Positions 8,949 to 17,681 of a stretch of DNA of 64,000 nt are shown piece by piece (the first letter of the stretch is position 1; every line of letters starts with the position of its first letter). Made by a program: the position numbers and the translations under genes. The stretch is taken from positions 1 through 64,000 of IMG/VR virus record IMGVR_UViG_3300037183_000125. One strand, given 5' to 3'. The notes beneath the pieces are model-generated. The model searched no databases and was not told the origin of the DNA. It was given only the letters and a program-made list of their open reading frames with translations. Source of the DNA: a virus. Its lineage: Duplodnaviria > Caudoviricetes.

Positions 8949-9533
8949 ATGGACTTTCTGAAGGACTGCATGAACGATGTAGGTAACCCTCCCATCGACG
9001 AAATGCACAGAAACTGGTGCGTAGGCTGTGGCAACAGGGGCTGCGAGCGCGCCGGGATGAACCAGTCGGCCTTCGACAAGCGCGTCAAGAACTGGAAAGA
9101 GCTCCTGTTCACCAACGTGCCGAGGGCCAAGGAGGACGACCCGGCGTACGACAACATCAGGTCCAAGTCGTTCTCCCCGCTCGGCATGCCCGCCGCCCCG
9201 AAGACCGTCGTGTTCACTCCGGGCGTGCCGGTGGCGACCCCGGCGCGCGTCCCCATGGCCCAGCCCATGGCCTTCACCCGGAGGGATGAGGCCAAGCCGG
9301 AAATGGCGGTCCCCGCCATGGAGGACCCGCCGGCGCTCGACCTAGAACCGGTGGCACCCCAGCCCGCGACTGTCGTGACGCCGCGCGTGGCCCCTCCGGG
9401 CAACACTCCGTTCGAGCAGGGTACGGTGCTCGGCGGCGGTCTCCTGACCGCGCCGGCCGAACCCGTAAGACCGCCGGAGCCACCTGCACCCGGCGCCGGG
9501 CCGGGCAAGACATTCATACTGGAAGACGACTGA
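8949..9533 (+). CDS. Hypothetical protein, Cys motif plus Pro-rich tail
   Basis: C..WCVGCGNRGC; TAAGGT 5 nt upstream of ATG. Confidence 0.7.
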   Translation: MDFLKDCMNDVGNPPIDEMHRNWCVGCGNRGCERAGMNQSAFDKRVKNWKELLFTNVPRAKEDDPAYDNIRSKSFSPLGMPAAPKTVVFTPGVPVATPARVPMAQPMAFTRRDEAKPEMAVPAMEDPPALDLEPVAPQPATVVTPRVAPPGNTPFEQGTVLGGGLLTAPAEPVRPPEPPAPGAGPGKTFILEDD

Positions 9534-9535
9534 AC

Positions 9536-10426
9536 ATGAACCAACACGAGACGAACGAGGACAAGATCGACCGGCTGGTGCGGGCGAGGGACGCCGGGCT
9601 GGTCCCGGACCGGGATCTCCTGGTGTCGACCAGGGCGAAGTACCTGCTCGGCCTCCGGGCGAAGCTCCAGGGCGACGAGTCCATCAAGGCGGTGGTCACG
9701 GCCTCGATCCCGGCCACGGACGCCTTCTCGTTCGTCGAGGGCAAGGCCTGGGACCTCGTGCGCGAGGGGACCGAGGACATCTACAGGGACGCCATCATGT
9801 TCTTGCTCGCCGAGCTCGACGAGCTCCGGAAGGGCGGCGACCAGGCCTACGTCGTGGACACGGCGACGGGCGAGATCGTGGCGCCGCTGACCAAGGACAT
9901 CATCTTCTACCCGGAGCCCTACGAGGACGAAAAGCTGGTCGTGGACCCGATGAGCGGAGGGATGTCCATGCAGAAGGTCATCGTGACCCCGGGCCCGATC
10001 CTGGACCCGAAGCTGACGTCGGCCATGCTCCTGAAGGCGCAGTCCGACGACCGCGAGGCGGCGGTCCGGAGGAAGGCCGCAGACCCCGTCACGGGGCGAG
10101 CGTACCTGCACCTGACCGACCCACAGCGCATCGCAGAGCTGGCCCACCAGAAGCTTCGCGAGTCCGGCCTCACGTTGCGCCAGGAGTCCGAGCTCGAAGG
10201 CTGCGTCCTCACGCTTCTCGAGTTCGGGCAGGAGACGAACGAGTCCGACCTCCAGTCGACGAACCCTTTCTTCCACCGTCTGTGGTCGTACTCCGCCATC
10301 CTGGCCTCACGCGTCATGGCGCTCGCCGGAACCCGTGGCGAGTACTGGATGAGCGAGGTCGGGGGCAACCGGGACGAGGAGGTCCGCTGGTACGCCGTGA
10401 CCGTCCGCGTCAGGCGGGCGGGCTGA
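9536..10426 (+). CDS. Hypothetical protein
   Basis: 296 aa ORF, GC3-rich codons, 2 nt after the previous stop. Confidence 0.75.
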   Translation: MNQHETNEDKIDRLVRARDAGLVPDRDLLVSTRAKYLLGLRAKLQGDESIKAVVTASIPATDAFSFVEGKAWDLVREGTEDIYRDAIMFLLAELDELRKGGDQAYVVDTATGEIVAPLTKDIIFYPEPYEDEKLVVDPMSGGMSMQKVIVTPGPILDPKLTSAMLLKAQSDDREAAVRRKAADPVTGRAYLHLTDPQRIAELAHQKLRESGLTLRQESELEGCVLTLLEFGQETNESDLQSTNPFFHRLWSYSAILASRVMALAGTRGEYWMSEVGGNRDEEVRWYAVTVRVRRAG

Positions 10427-10453
10427 TGCTCCGCGTCTCCGCCATACTCCGCG

Positions 10454-11032
10454 TCATGAAGATGAAGGAGGCCCTCGGCCTGGACCCCCTCGCGAGCTCC
10501 TGCGACCGGCCGAGGCCGGGAGAGGCGGCGGGGACACCCCGGCCCGCCCCCAGTGGACGAGCAAAGCGGCGACCACGCGCGCGAAAGCGTGCTTGAGCTC
10601 GGCGACGCCCGCAGCCCTCTGCATGGCGCCAACCGCGACCGCCAGGGCGTCGACGGAGCACCGCATCCGGAACCGGACGTAGGTCCCGAGCGGCAGGACG
10701 GGAAGGGCGTCCGCCGGGAACCGGAGGGAAGAGCTGGCGGCCGTGAAGGCCTCGAGGGAGGCCCTCGCGGCCGCGTGCAGGCCGGCGTTGACGGAGGAGC
10801 AGACGGTGGGGTCGTCCGTGGAGAACCCTGAGTCCTCGACGGTCGGCACCCAGGCGGCCAGTGGCCTCCGGAGCTCGTAGGAGTCGATGAGCCCGGCCCC
10901 GAGAAGCTGGGGCGTCACAGCCTGCATGACACAGGCCGGGAGCACGACGGACAGGACGACCTGCCCGGAGGCCCGGTCCTCCTCGAGGACGGAGACCTCC
11001 CCGTGCGAGAAGAACCGGGCATGAAGCATCAT
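10454..11032 (-). CDS. Hypothetical protein, possibly a degenerate ThyX-fold protein
   Basis: ARASLEAF..DALPVLPLGTYVRFRMRCS..AELKHAFA resembles the ThyX C-terminal half; the RHRxxS motif is absent. Confidence 0.45.
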   Translation of the reverse strand: MMLHARFFSHGEVSVLEEDRASGQVVLSVVLPACVMQAVTPQLLGAGLIDSYELRRPLAAWVPTVEDSGFSTDDPTVCSSVNAGLHAAARASLEAFTAASSSLRFPADALPVLPLGTYVRFRMRCSVDALAVAVGAMQRAAGVAELKHAFARVVAALLVHWGRAGVSPPPLPASAGRRSSRGGPGRGPPSSS

Positions 11033-11709
11033 GTATGAACCCTGTTACGCCGAATCTTTTCTTTCGGAATAGGAGACCACGCGAGAGCGGACCGGATTTT
11101 CTCCATGTTTTGGTGTGGACATGTTCCTCTATCGCCCTTCGCGAAATTGCAGTTGTAACACATGACCTGATATTTCGAGTCAACAGGTTTGTTTCGAAGG
11201 AAACGATAAAGCCTTCCGCCCATGATCTTAGAGACGTTCCTCTCGTTTGTTCCTCCGCCGTCTTTATGATCTAAAGAGAGAAACACGACGTTATCCTCTC
11301 CACAGCAGACACACTCTCCCCCATATTTCGTGATGACTTCCTGCTTTATTCGAAGTCTTCTCCCCCATTCAAACTCATTACAGACTTCGCAGTTTACGGA
11401 AGTGGCAGTACATGGTCTCTCCCCGCAGTGGGTGCAGAGTCCCGCAGACTTTCGATCTCGGTAGTACTTTCTTGAAGACCCGTTCTTCTCACGGCTTCTC
11501 GCACTCGCTTTCTTGGCTGCCTTCCCGCAACGTGCACATTTTCTCTTCCCCTCCTCGGGCTCCTGTCCGCAGTTATCACAACGCCCTTCTTTTCTCCAGC
11601 GAAGCTTACTTGCCCTGCTCTTACTTATGGCGTTTCCCGGAGGCGGCTGTTGGGCCTCGTTGACCGAAATAATGGCTTCCGAGAGCGGAACTTCCGTACG
11701 GGACATCAC
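11029..11709 (-). CDS. HNH homing endonuclease with zinc-finger repeats
   Basis: YGGECVCCGE..LSLDHKDGGG..YQVMCYNCNFAKG; several CxxC; lower GC; overlaps the dcd 3' end. Confidence 0.82.
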   Translation of the reverse strand: MMSRTEVPLSEAIISVNEAQQPPPGNAISKSRASKLRWRKEGRCDNCGQEPEEGKRKCARCGKAAKKASARSREKNGSSRKYYRDRKSAGLCTHCGERPCTATSVNCEVCNEFEWGRRLRIKQEVITKYGGECVCCGEDNVVFLSLDHKDGGGTNERNVSKIMGGRLYRFLRNKPVDSKYQVMCYNCNFAKGDRGTCPHQNMEKIRSALAWSPIPKEKIRRNRVHT

Positions 11710-12178
11710 ATTCTCCTGATAAGGGAAAGTAGCTTACCTGAGCTATTTTCATGCCCTTCCAGAGAACTATTTCCCAATTCCCGTGATTCACTATCTCTAG
11801 AGTTATCTGTCCATTCCATCCGGCGTCGATTACTCCTGCTGTCACATGAACAGCAAGAAAAACTCTACCGATGCTGGACTTCCCCTCAACACGAGCAGTC
11901 AGATGGGTGGGACACTTCACAACTTCAATGGTAGAACCAAGAACACACTCTCCAGGTCGGAGAATCAGTACATCTTCCTCATTCTCAATGTCCGACAATA
12001 TCATGTGTTCTGAGGGTTCAGTATAGCGTAAGTCGATCCTCCGGTTGGGTATGGGCTTCAGGAAAAGACTGTCAAGCGACAGATCGTAGCTTGAGGGTTG
12101 AACTGCAGAAGAGTCAAACGGTTCTACCAGGTCCGTTCGAAGTCTGACTATGTCTCTATCGCACAGGATTCCGTCCAT
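11621..12178 (-). CDS. dcd: dCTP deaminase
   Basis: ILCDRDI, VQPSSYDLSL, ARVEGKSSIGR..VHVTAGVIDAGWNGQITLE, IAQ, HYFGQRGPT. Confidence 0.95.
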   Translation of the reverse strand: MDGILCDRDIVRLRTDLVEPFDSSAVQPSSYDLSLDSLFLKPIPNRRIDLRYTEPSEHMILSDIENEEDVLILRPGECVLGSTIEVVKCPTHLTARVEGKSSIGRVFLAVHVTAGVIDAGWNGQITLEIVNHGNWEIVLWKGMKIAQVSYFPLSGECDVPYGSSALGSHYFGQRGPTAASGKRHK

Positions 12179-12345
12179 TGACGGACGTTACAGCGCGCGA
12201 TGTCTTTCGAAGATATGGCTTCACCCGCATTCCATGAAGACGAAGGGCCAAGTCCCGGACGAGATTCGTCACCATGACAGGAGGGTCGAGACGGGCGATC
12301 CGGCAGAGCGGGCTGTCGCCCGAGGCCATCGTCTCCCAAGACGTC

Positions 12346-13059
12346 CTAGGTCGCATCGACCTCAGCCAGGATGTCCTTTGCCGCCTGAACCGGGTCCTTG
12401 GCGTCGCGGATGGGGCGGCCGACGACGATGAGCGAAGCCCCGTCGCCCACAGCCTGCCTCGGCGTCCCCGTCCTCTTCTGATCCCCGGCGTCCGATCCGG
12501 CAGGCCTTACGCCCGGGACGAGGAAGAACGAGTCCGGGGCGAGGTCCTTCAGAACCTTGACCTCCATCGGAGAGCACACGAAGCCGCGCAGCCCGCAGGA
12601 GTGGGCGAATACCACGAGCGAGTTCGCGCGGTGGAGGACGGAGCTCGCGGTCAGGCCGAGAGAGGTCCGCATCCCGAGATCTGACATGTCGACGGCGGCC
12701 ATGCTCGTCAGGACGGTGACTCCGAGAAGCTGGATCCCGAAGGGCTCCGCCGCTCTAATGGCGGCCTCGAGCGCCGCCCTCTGCTGGACGTGAATCGTCA
12801 TGAGCTTGGCGCCAAGATCTCCCCCGGCCTTCACGGCCCGGCCGACTGTTTCCGGGATGTCGTGCAGCTTGAGGTCCAGGACCACGTCGAGGCCCATGTC
12901 CTGGACAGCGCGGACCGCGAGGGCCCCGGAGCCGATGAAGAGTTCGAGCCCGATCTTGACCGCCCCTACGTGGGGCTCAATATCGTGTTTCCTGAAGAAC
13001 ATCTCGACCTCGTTGAAGTCGGGGAAGTCGAGGGCGAAACAGATCGGGTTCTTACTCAT
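12346..13059 (-). CDS. pyrF: Orotidine-5'-phosphate decarboxylase
   Basis: FALD, VKIGLELF, LDLKLHDIPETV, GVTVLTS, GFVCS, VPGVRP..DQKR, IVVGRPI. Confidence 0.96.
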   Translation of the reverse strand: MSKNPICFALDFPDFNEVEMFFRKHDIEPHVGAVKIGLELFIGSGALAVRAVQDMGLDVVLDLKLHDIPETVGRAVKAGGDLGAKLMTIHVQQRAALEAAIRAAEPFGIQLLGVTVLTSMAAVDMSDLGMRTSLGLTASSVLHRANSLVVFAHSCGLRGFVCSPMEVKVLKDLAPDSFFLVPGVRPAGSDAGDQKRTGTPRQAVGDGASLIVVGRPIRDAKDPVQAAKDILAEVDAT

Positions 13060-13155
13060 GCCTCAAAGTACAGCGACGGACCAGCTCTCTCCACGCCGTG
13101 TGGAAAAAGCCGACGACGAACCCGGCCGCCAACGCCATCCGTTCCAGCATCCACA

Positions 13156-13488
13156 TCACGTGTTCTCCCCGGTATCGGCCCGCCGGCGTGCGGCCAACCA
13201 CGCCCTCTTCGTCATGACGCAGAAGATGAACGGGCACACGAGGGAGCCAGGGACCCACGATATGGCGATGACCGTGAGCGGGACCATCCCGACGGTGGTT
13301 ACGAGGGAGTCGGCGACGAAGGCGGCCGCCATCCACCCGAAGAAGAACAACGGGACACTCCCGAGCAGCGTTCTTCCCACATAGTTCTGGTACTCGTTCT
13401 CGTCCCGCTGCTGCTCGGGCGTCAGCGAGTTGAACCAGGCGGCCCTCCGGCGCCTGTCCTCCTCGTCCCTGCGCGTCCATCCGATCAT
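13156..13488 (-). CDS. Small membrane protein (about 2 TM segments)
   Basis: MIGWTRR..; hydrophobic segments; -10 box 6 nt upstream of ATG 13488. Confidence 0.6.
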   Translation of the reverse strand: MIGWTRRDEEDRRRRAAWFNSLTPEQQRDENEYQNYVGRTLLGSVPLFFFGWMAAAFVADSLVTTVGMVPLTVIAISWVPGSLVCPFIFCVMTKRAWLAARRRADTGENT

Positions 13489-13493
13489 GTCCG

Positions 13494-13505
13494 GACCGTA
13501 CGGTC
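13494..13505. promoter_or_regulatory. Palindromic bidirectional -10 element GACCGTACGGTC
   Basis: TACGGT on both strands, 6 nt before ATG 13488 (-) and 5 nt before ATG 13510 (+). Confidence 0.65.
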
Positions 13506-13509
13506 GGCC

Positions 13510-13770
13510 ATGCCACTCGAAGAGCCAAAGCTGAGCATAGAGGACGCCGTCCTCCTCCGGGAGATGGTGTCCTCCATGACCGAGGAACAGGTGTGGAAGA
13601 CCCTCGAAGGGCTGGCCAACCGGGAGCTCGAGCTCCTCGAGGACCCGCGCATAGGGGACGACCCGGACATGCGTCAGGCCGCCCTGTGGAACGCCGCCGC
13701 CATGATAGCGGCGGCCGAGCGGTTCGTCACCCAAGTGCGGCCCGACGCGCTTCCGTCCGAGCCGTCCTGA
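13510..13770 (+). CDS. Small helical hypothetical protein (MPLEEPKLSIED..)
   Basis: C-terminal 86 aa of track ORF 12790..13770; start placed by the -10 box. Confidence 0.65.
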   Translation: MPLEEPKLSIEDAVLLREMVSSMTEEQVWKTLEGLANRELELLEDPRIGDDPDMRQAALWNAAAMIAAAERFVTQVRPDALPSEPS

Positions 13771-13794
13771 AGGCAAAACGTCAATGAACGCTGC

Positions 13795-14613
13795 TCAGCC
13801 TCGCCGGGCCGCGAAATGAGCCCGGATTGACTCGGCTATCTTCGCCTTCGTTTCCATACTGTGGACTCTGGGCTCCCGGAGAAGTGCCCTGGCCCTTATC
13901 TCCGCCCTGACATCGGGATCCATAAGTCGGGCGGCGAGCGACGTGGTGACTCTGCTCCGGAAGTCCGGGTCTTCCCACTTCCTCTTCGCGGAGGCCGACA
14001 TCTTCGCGAGATGCTCCGGAGAGTGGACCTTCCCGAGGTTGGCCTCGGACATCTTCTTGAGCGTCTCGGGCAGGAGTTTCCTTCCGGTAAGGCCTTGCGA
14101 TATCTTCTTCCTGGCCTCGGGAGTTCGGATGGAGACAACAGTGGCCGCCGTCACCTTCTTCCGAAAAGAGGGGTCAGACCATAGGAGCCTTGAGTTCCTC
14201 GACCTCGTGGCCTTCACCTCGGGCCGAAGAACTGCCGCGCGGACAGCCGAAACGTTCTTCTCCCTGAAAATGGGATCATCCCATGGGTTCTTCCTCCCCG
14301 GTTTATAAGGAACATGATTTCCACCGGGGGACAGATTGAACCCTTTCTTCTGGTCCCGTGTCCCGAGTTCTGCCACCCATCGCTCTTCAGCCAGATTTGC
14401 AGCTTCGAGAGTCTCACAAGTCTCGAGAATCTCGTGCGAGAAGGCATCTTTCCCGTACTTACGGATGGCGTTCTGAAAGTGAGAGCGTCCGTCGACCGAG
14501 CGTCCAGCCTGGGAGCAGTGCTGGTTCCAGCGGTGCATCATCGTGTACTTCGTCAGGCCGACGTAGCGACGACCCGACTCGACGTGCGTGTGGCAGTAAA
14601 TGGTCCAGGGCAT
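13795..14613 (-). CDS. GIY-YIG homing endonuclease with NUMOD3-like repeats
   Basis: WTIYCHT..RRYVGLT..RWNQH..AIRKYG..EERWV..GFNLSPGG; basic repeats such as PETLKKMSEANLGK and HSPEHLAKMS. Confidence 0.9.
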   Translation of the reverse strand: MPWTIYCHTHVESGRRYVGLTKYTMMHRWNQHCSQAGRSVDGRSHFQNAIRKYGKDAFSHEILETCETLEAANLAEERWVAELGTRDQKKGFNLSPGGNHVPYKPGRKNPWDDPIFREKNVSAVRAAVLRPEVKATRSRNSRLLWSDPSFRKKVTAATVVSIRTPEARKKISQGLTGRKLLPETLKKMSEANLGKVHSPEHLAKMSASAKRKWEDPDFRSRVTTSLAARLMDPDVRAEIRARALLREPRVHSMETKAKIAESIRAHFAARRG

Positions 14614-14639
14614 TATCCCGGACCCAATCCATGAAAACT

Positions 14640-17600
14640 CTAAAGCCCGAACAGACTTGCCATCCACTGAAACTTCTGGGGGTCCACCCGGAGGCCGACC
14701 TCCTCCCCGATCAGGATCTGGCCCTTCTGATTGACGACGCGGAGCGGCATCGGGCCCTCGGCCAGGATGCAGACGGCATGGAGACGGCGCTGCGCCTCCT
14801 CGGACGGGACGGCGCTGAAGACCCAGCGCAAGACCTGCTCGTCCTGGCCGACGGGCTTCACGTCCCGAGGCGGGGGTTTCGACGACACGGGCTTTGCCGG
14901 CGCGTCGTCCATCATGTCCATGTCGAACGCGCTCACCCTCTCCTCCGGAAGGTCGGCCAGGTGCGGGTCCTTCGGCGGCGGTGAGTCGTCCACGGGCACG
15001 TACACTACATCGCCCATGGGGGCCGCACCGCCATGCCCGTTCTTGCAGGTGAGCCCCGACGGCGTCACCGTCTGCGGCTCCCCGCAGTCGGCGCACACGA
15101 GCACGGGGTCCTTCGGCCTCTCCGGCGCCGCCGCCTGCGCGGTCGGGGCGCGGTCGGGGCGCCCGGCGTCCGGGGACACCGGGTTCGCGGACGGGACGAC
15201 GCCCTCGGGTCGCGCGGCCTCGCCGGACTCGGACGCCCACTCCGTCCCGTCGGCTATCGCCTTCTTGATGGCGTCGCTCTGCTCCGGCGTCAGGCGCCAG
15301 ATGTAGCCCTTCAGGAAGTCCGGGACCTCCTGGTAGACGCGGCCGTCCTGGAAGAACTGGCCCTTCTTAAGCTTCCCCTTGTAGGTCCCGTCCGGGTTCA
15401 GCTCCTTCTTGTCCGGCTTCTTGCCGTCCACCATGGCGAAGTAGTCGAACCGAGCGCGCCAATGGACGTCGATGCCGGGCTCGGTCTCGAGCGGGACCTC
15501 CCAGGCGCGGCCGTGGGCCTTCGGGAGCATCCACGGGAGGACCATCCACTCGTCGAGCTTGCGGACGATCTCCATCAGGTACTGGGGCCGGATCTCGAAC
15601 ACGATCTCGTCGTGCACCGTCAGGACGTAGCGGCAGCGGTCCTCCCAGCCGAGCTTGCGGATCTGCTTGTCGACGAAGCACATGGCGAACTTCAGGACGT
15701 CCGCCGAGGTCGCCTGGATCGTGTAGTTGATGGCGCAGCGCTCGGCCTTCCGCATGATCGCCTTGATCGGCGAGTCGATGGTGGGGATCGGCATGCGCCG
15801 GCCGAAGGCCGTGTAGACGCACTTGTGCTTCTTCGCGAACTTCTTCTGGTGGTCGACGTACCCCATGAGGGCCGGCAGCCCGGACCGCATGTTCTCCATG
15901 TGGCGCCCGCCGTCCTCGATGGAGCAGCCGACGTTGCGCGAGATGGCGCCCGCGCCGCCGCCGTAGATGATGGCGAAGTTGCTGCGCTTGCCGCGGCCGC
16001 GCTCGTCCTTCGAGACGTCCGTCTTCCCGTAGAGGATTCGGGCCGTGATCGAGTGCACGTCCCCGTCCTCGTGGAGGAACGACTTCTTCCACAGAGGGTC
16101 GCCGGACATGTTCGTGATGACCCGGAGCTCCTCGCCCGCGTAGTCGAGCTTGACGAGCAGCCATCCCGGGCGCGGGATGATGACGGTCCTGATCTGCTTG
16201 AAGAGCTCGGGCTTGTCGTCGTCGGAGTCGCGCGGGATGCCCTGGAAGTTGACGCCGGAGTAGCCGTCCTCTATCTTGCCGGCCTTGCACGAGAGGCGCG
16301 CGGTCTCGGTCCCCACCTGGTTGAACGAAGGGCGGACGTCCCCGTACTTGTCGTGGCTCTTGACGATCTTCTCGATGTAGGAGCCCTTCATCTTGTCGTA
16401 GTGCCGGTACTCCAGAACGAGCTCGAAGATGCTCTCCCTCTTCGGCTTCCCGTCCTTGTCGGCGTGGCCCGGCCGGGCGACCAGATACTTTTCTCCGTAG
16501 TGACGGTGGAGGGACTTGAGGACCTCATCCTTCAGCGAGTAGACGACGGCCTTGTCGTCCTCCCCATCGTCGTCGTCATCGCCGCCCGAGCCGTCGTCGT
16601 ACTCGACCGCGAACCCGCCGCCCTCGGTGGCGATCATGTCCGGTGTCGGCCGCAGCTTCAGGCCTTCCTGGTCGGTGAAAAAGCACTCGGAGAGCTTGGT
16701 CGGGGACCCGACGTTCAGGGCGCCCCACTTCCCGGTCTTGCCCGACTTGGCCTCGATGACCTCTCGGATGAAGTCGCCGGTCTCGCGCAGGGCGTTGAGG
16801 CACTCCGTGTAGAGCTCGTTGACACGGTCTACGTCGACGTGAACCCGGTTGCGCTCCATCTTGCGCATCACGTTGCAGAACGCCTTCTCAAGGTCGTATA
16901 TCTTCTCGAACCCCTCGATCTTCTCCCTCAGAATGTGATAGATCTTATAGGTGAAGATGCCGTCCGAACATCCGTACTCCTTACCCTCCTTCGGGTGGAG
17001 CAGGGAGAAGTTGTAGCCCTCCTTCTGGCGCTTGAGCTGCTCTTTCTTCTCGTCCGTGAACAGCTCGTCGAGGTCGACCATCTCGATGCCGAGCAGGTTC
17101 TTCGTGAGCGGCTTGAGACCGGCGGGATGGCTCTTGAGCGGGGAGAACACTTTCGCCATGAGGAAGGTGTCCTCGAACTGGTTCAGCTTCCAGTACTCGC
17201 GCCCGGTAACAGGGTAAAGGAACTCGGCGTCGAACTTCTTGTTATGGAAGATGATCCTGCACCCGTTTATGAGCCGGGTGATCTCGTCCCACACCGGGTC
17301 CCATGGGAGGTTGCCCGAGTCCTCGGGCTCATGAGTGAGAGGAACGTAATACCCGTTCTCCCCGTCGAACGATATACAGAGGCCCACGATCCGGTCCACG
17401 GTCCTGAGCCCGTGGCGCGTCTTCCGACCGTCGTCGAAGAACTCGTCGGCGTAGACGCGGTTGTCGACGCCGGTGGTCTCAAGATCGAGAGAGCAAAGGC
17501 AGCGCGAGATGCAGACATCGACGAGCTTTCTCAGAAGCTCGAGCCCCTTCTTCTGGTCGTCCCGTATCAGGTGGAACTTGTAGTCCCTGAACCATTCCCG

Positions 17601-17642
17601 ATGTACCGTGACCCTGTCGTCCGTCTGCTGTAGAGCTAACAC
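14640..17642 (-). CDS. polA: Family A DNA polymerase with 3'-5' exonuclease, no 5'-3' exonuclease
   Basis: Exo I LDLETTG, Exo II HNKKFD, Exo III YGCSD; motif A LDYAGEELR, B RGRGKRSNFAIIYG, C LTVHDEI. GTG 17642 chosen because TATAAT lies 7 nt upstream and the longer track ORF overlaps dnaJ. Confidence 0.95.
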   Translation of the reverse strand: MLALQQTDDRVTVHREWFRDYKFHLIRDDQKKGLELLRKLVDVCISRCLCSLDLETTGVDNRVYADEFFDDGRKTRHGLRTVDRIVGLCISFDGENGYYVPLTHEPEDSGNLPWDPVWDEITRLINGCRIIFHNKKFDAEFLYPVTGREYWKLNQFEDTFLMAKVFSPLKSHPAGLKPLTKNLLGIEMVDLDELFTDEKKEQLKRQKEGYNFSLLHPKEGKEYGCSDGIFTYKIYHILREKIEGFEKIYDLEKAFCNVMRKMERNRVHVDVDRVNELYTECLNALRETGDFIREVIEAKSGKTGKWGALNVGSPTKLSECFFTDQEGLKLRPTPDMIATEGGGFAVEYDDGSGGDDDDDGEDDKAVVYSLKDEVLKSLHRHYGEKYLVARPGHADKDGKPKRESIFELVLEYRHYDKMKGSYIEKIVKSHDKYGDVRPSFNQVGTETARLSCKAGKIEDGYSGVNFQGIPRDSDDDKPELFKQIRTVIIPRPGWLLVKLDYAGEELRVITNMSGDPLWKKSFLHEDGDVHSITARILYGKTDVSKDERGRGKRSNFAIIYGGGAGAISRNVGCSIEDGGRHMENMRSGLPALMGYVDHQKKFAKKHKCVYTAFGRRMPIPTIDSPIKAIMRKAERCAINYTIQATSADVLKFAMCFVDKQIRKLGWEDRCRYVLTVHDEIVFEIRPQYLMEIVRKLDEWMVLPWMLPKAHGRAWEVPLETEPGIDVHWRARFDYFAMVDGKKPDKKELNPDGTYKGKLKKGQFFQDGRVYQEVPDFLKGYIWRLTPEQSDAIKKAIADGTEWASESGEAARPEGVVPSANPVSPDAGRPDRAPTAQAAAPERPKDPVLVCADCGEPQTVTPSGLTCKNGHGGAAPMGDVVYVPVDDSPPPKDPHLADLPEERVSAFDMDMMDDAPAKPVSSKPPPRDVKPVGQDEQVLRWVFSAVPSEEAQRRLHAVCILAEGPMPLRVVNQKGQILIGEEVGLRVDPQKFQWMASLFGL

Positions 17643-17681
17643 AGTGAAGATTATACAGCGATCCCCCTCGAGGGACACGCC

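Noticed and set aside
13795-14640. Group I intron around the GIY-YIG or LAGLIDADG ORFs
   Set aside because: The flanking genes are complete on their own and there is no room for an intron core, so the ORFs are free-standing.
13795-15240. 481 aa version of the GIY-YIG ORF
   Set aside because: The Arg/Gly/Pro-rich N-terminal part overlaps polA out of frame; the nuclease begins at ATG 14613.
15033-17633. 866 aa plus-strand ORF and similar long antisense ORFs (26463..28094, 45349..46872, 8912..10276, 25..615)
   Set aside because: Shadow frames of GC3-rich genes on the opposite strand, with no recognisable motifs.
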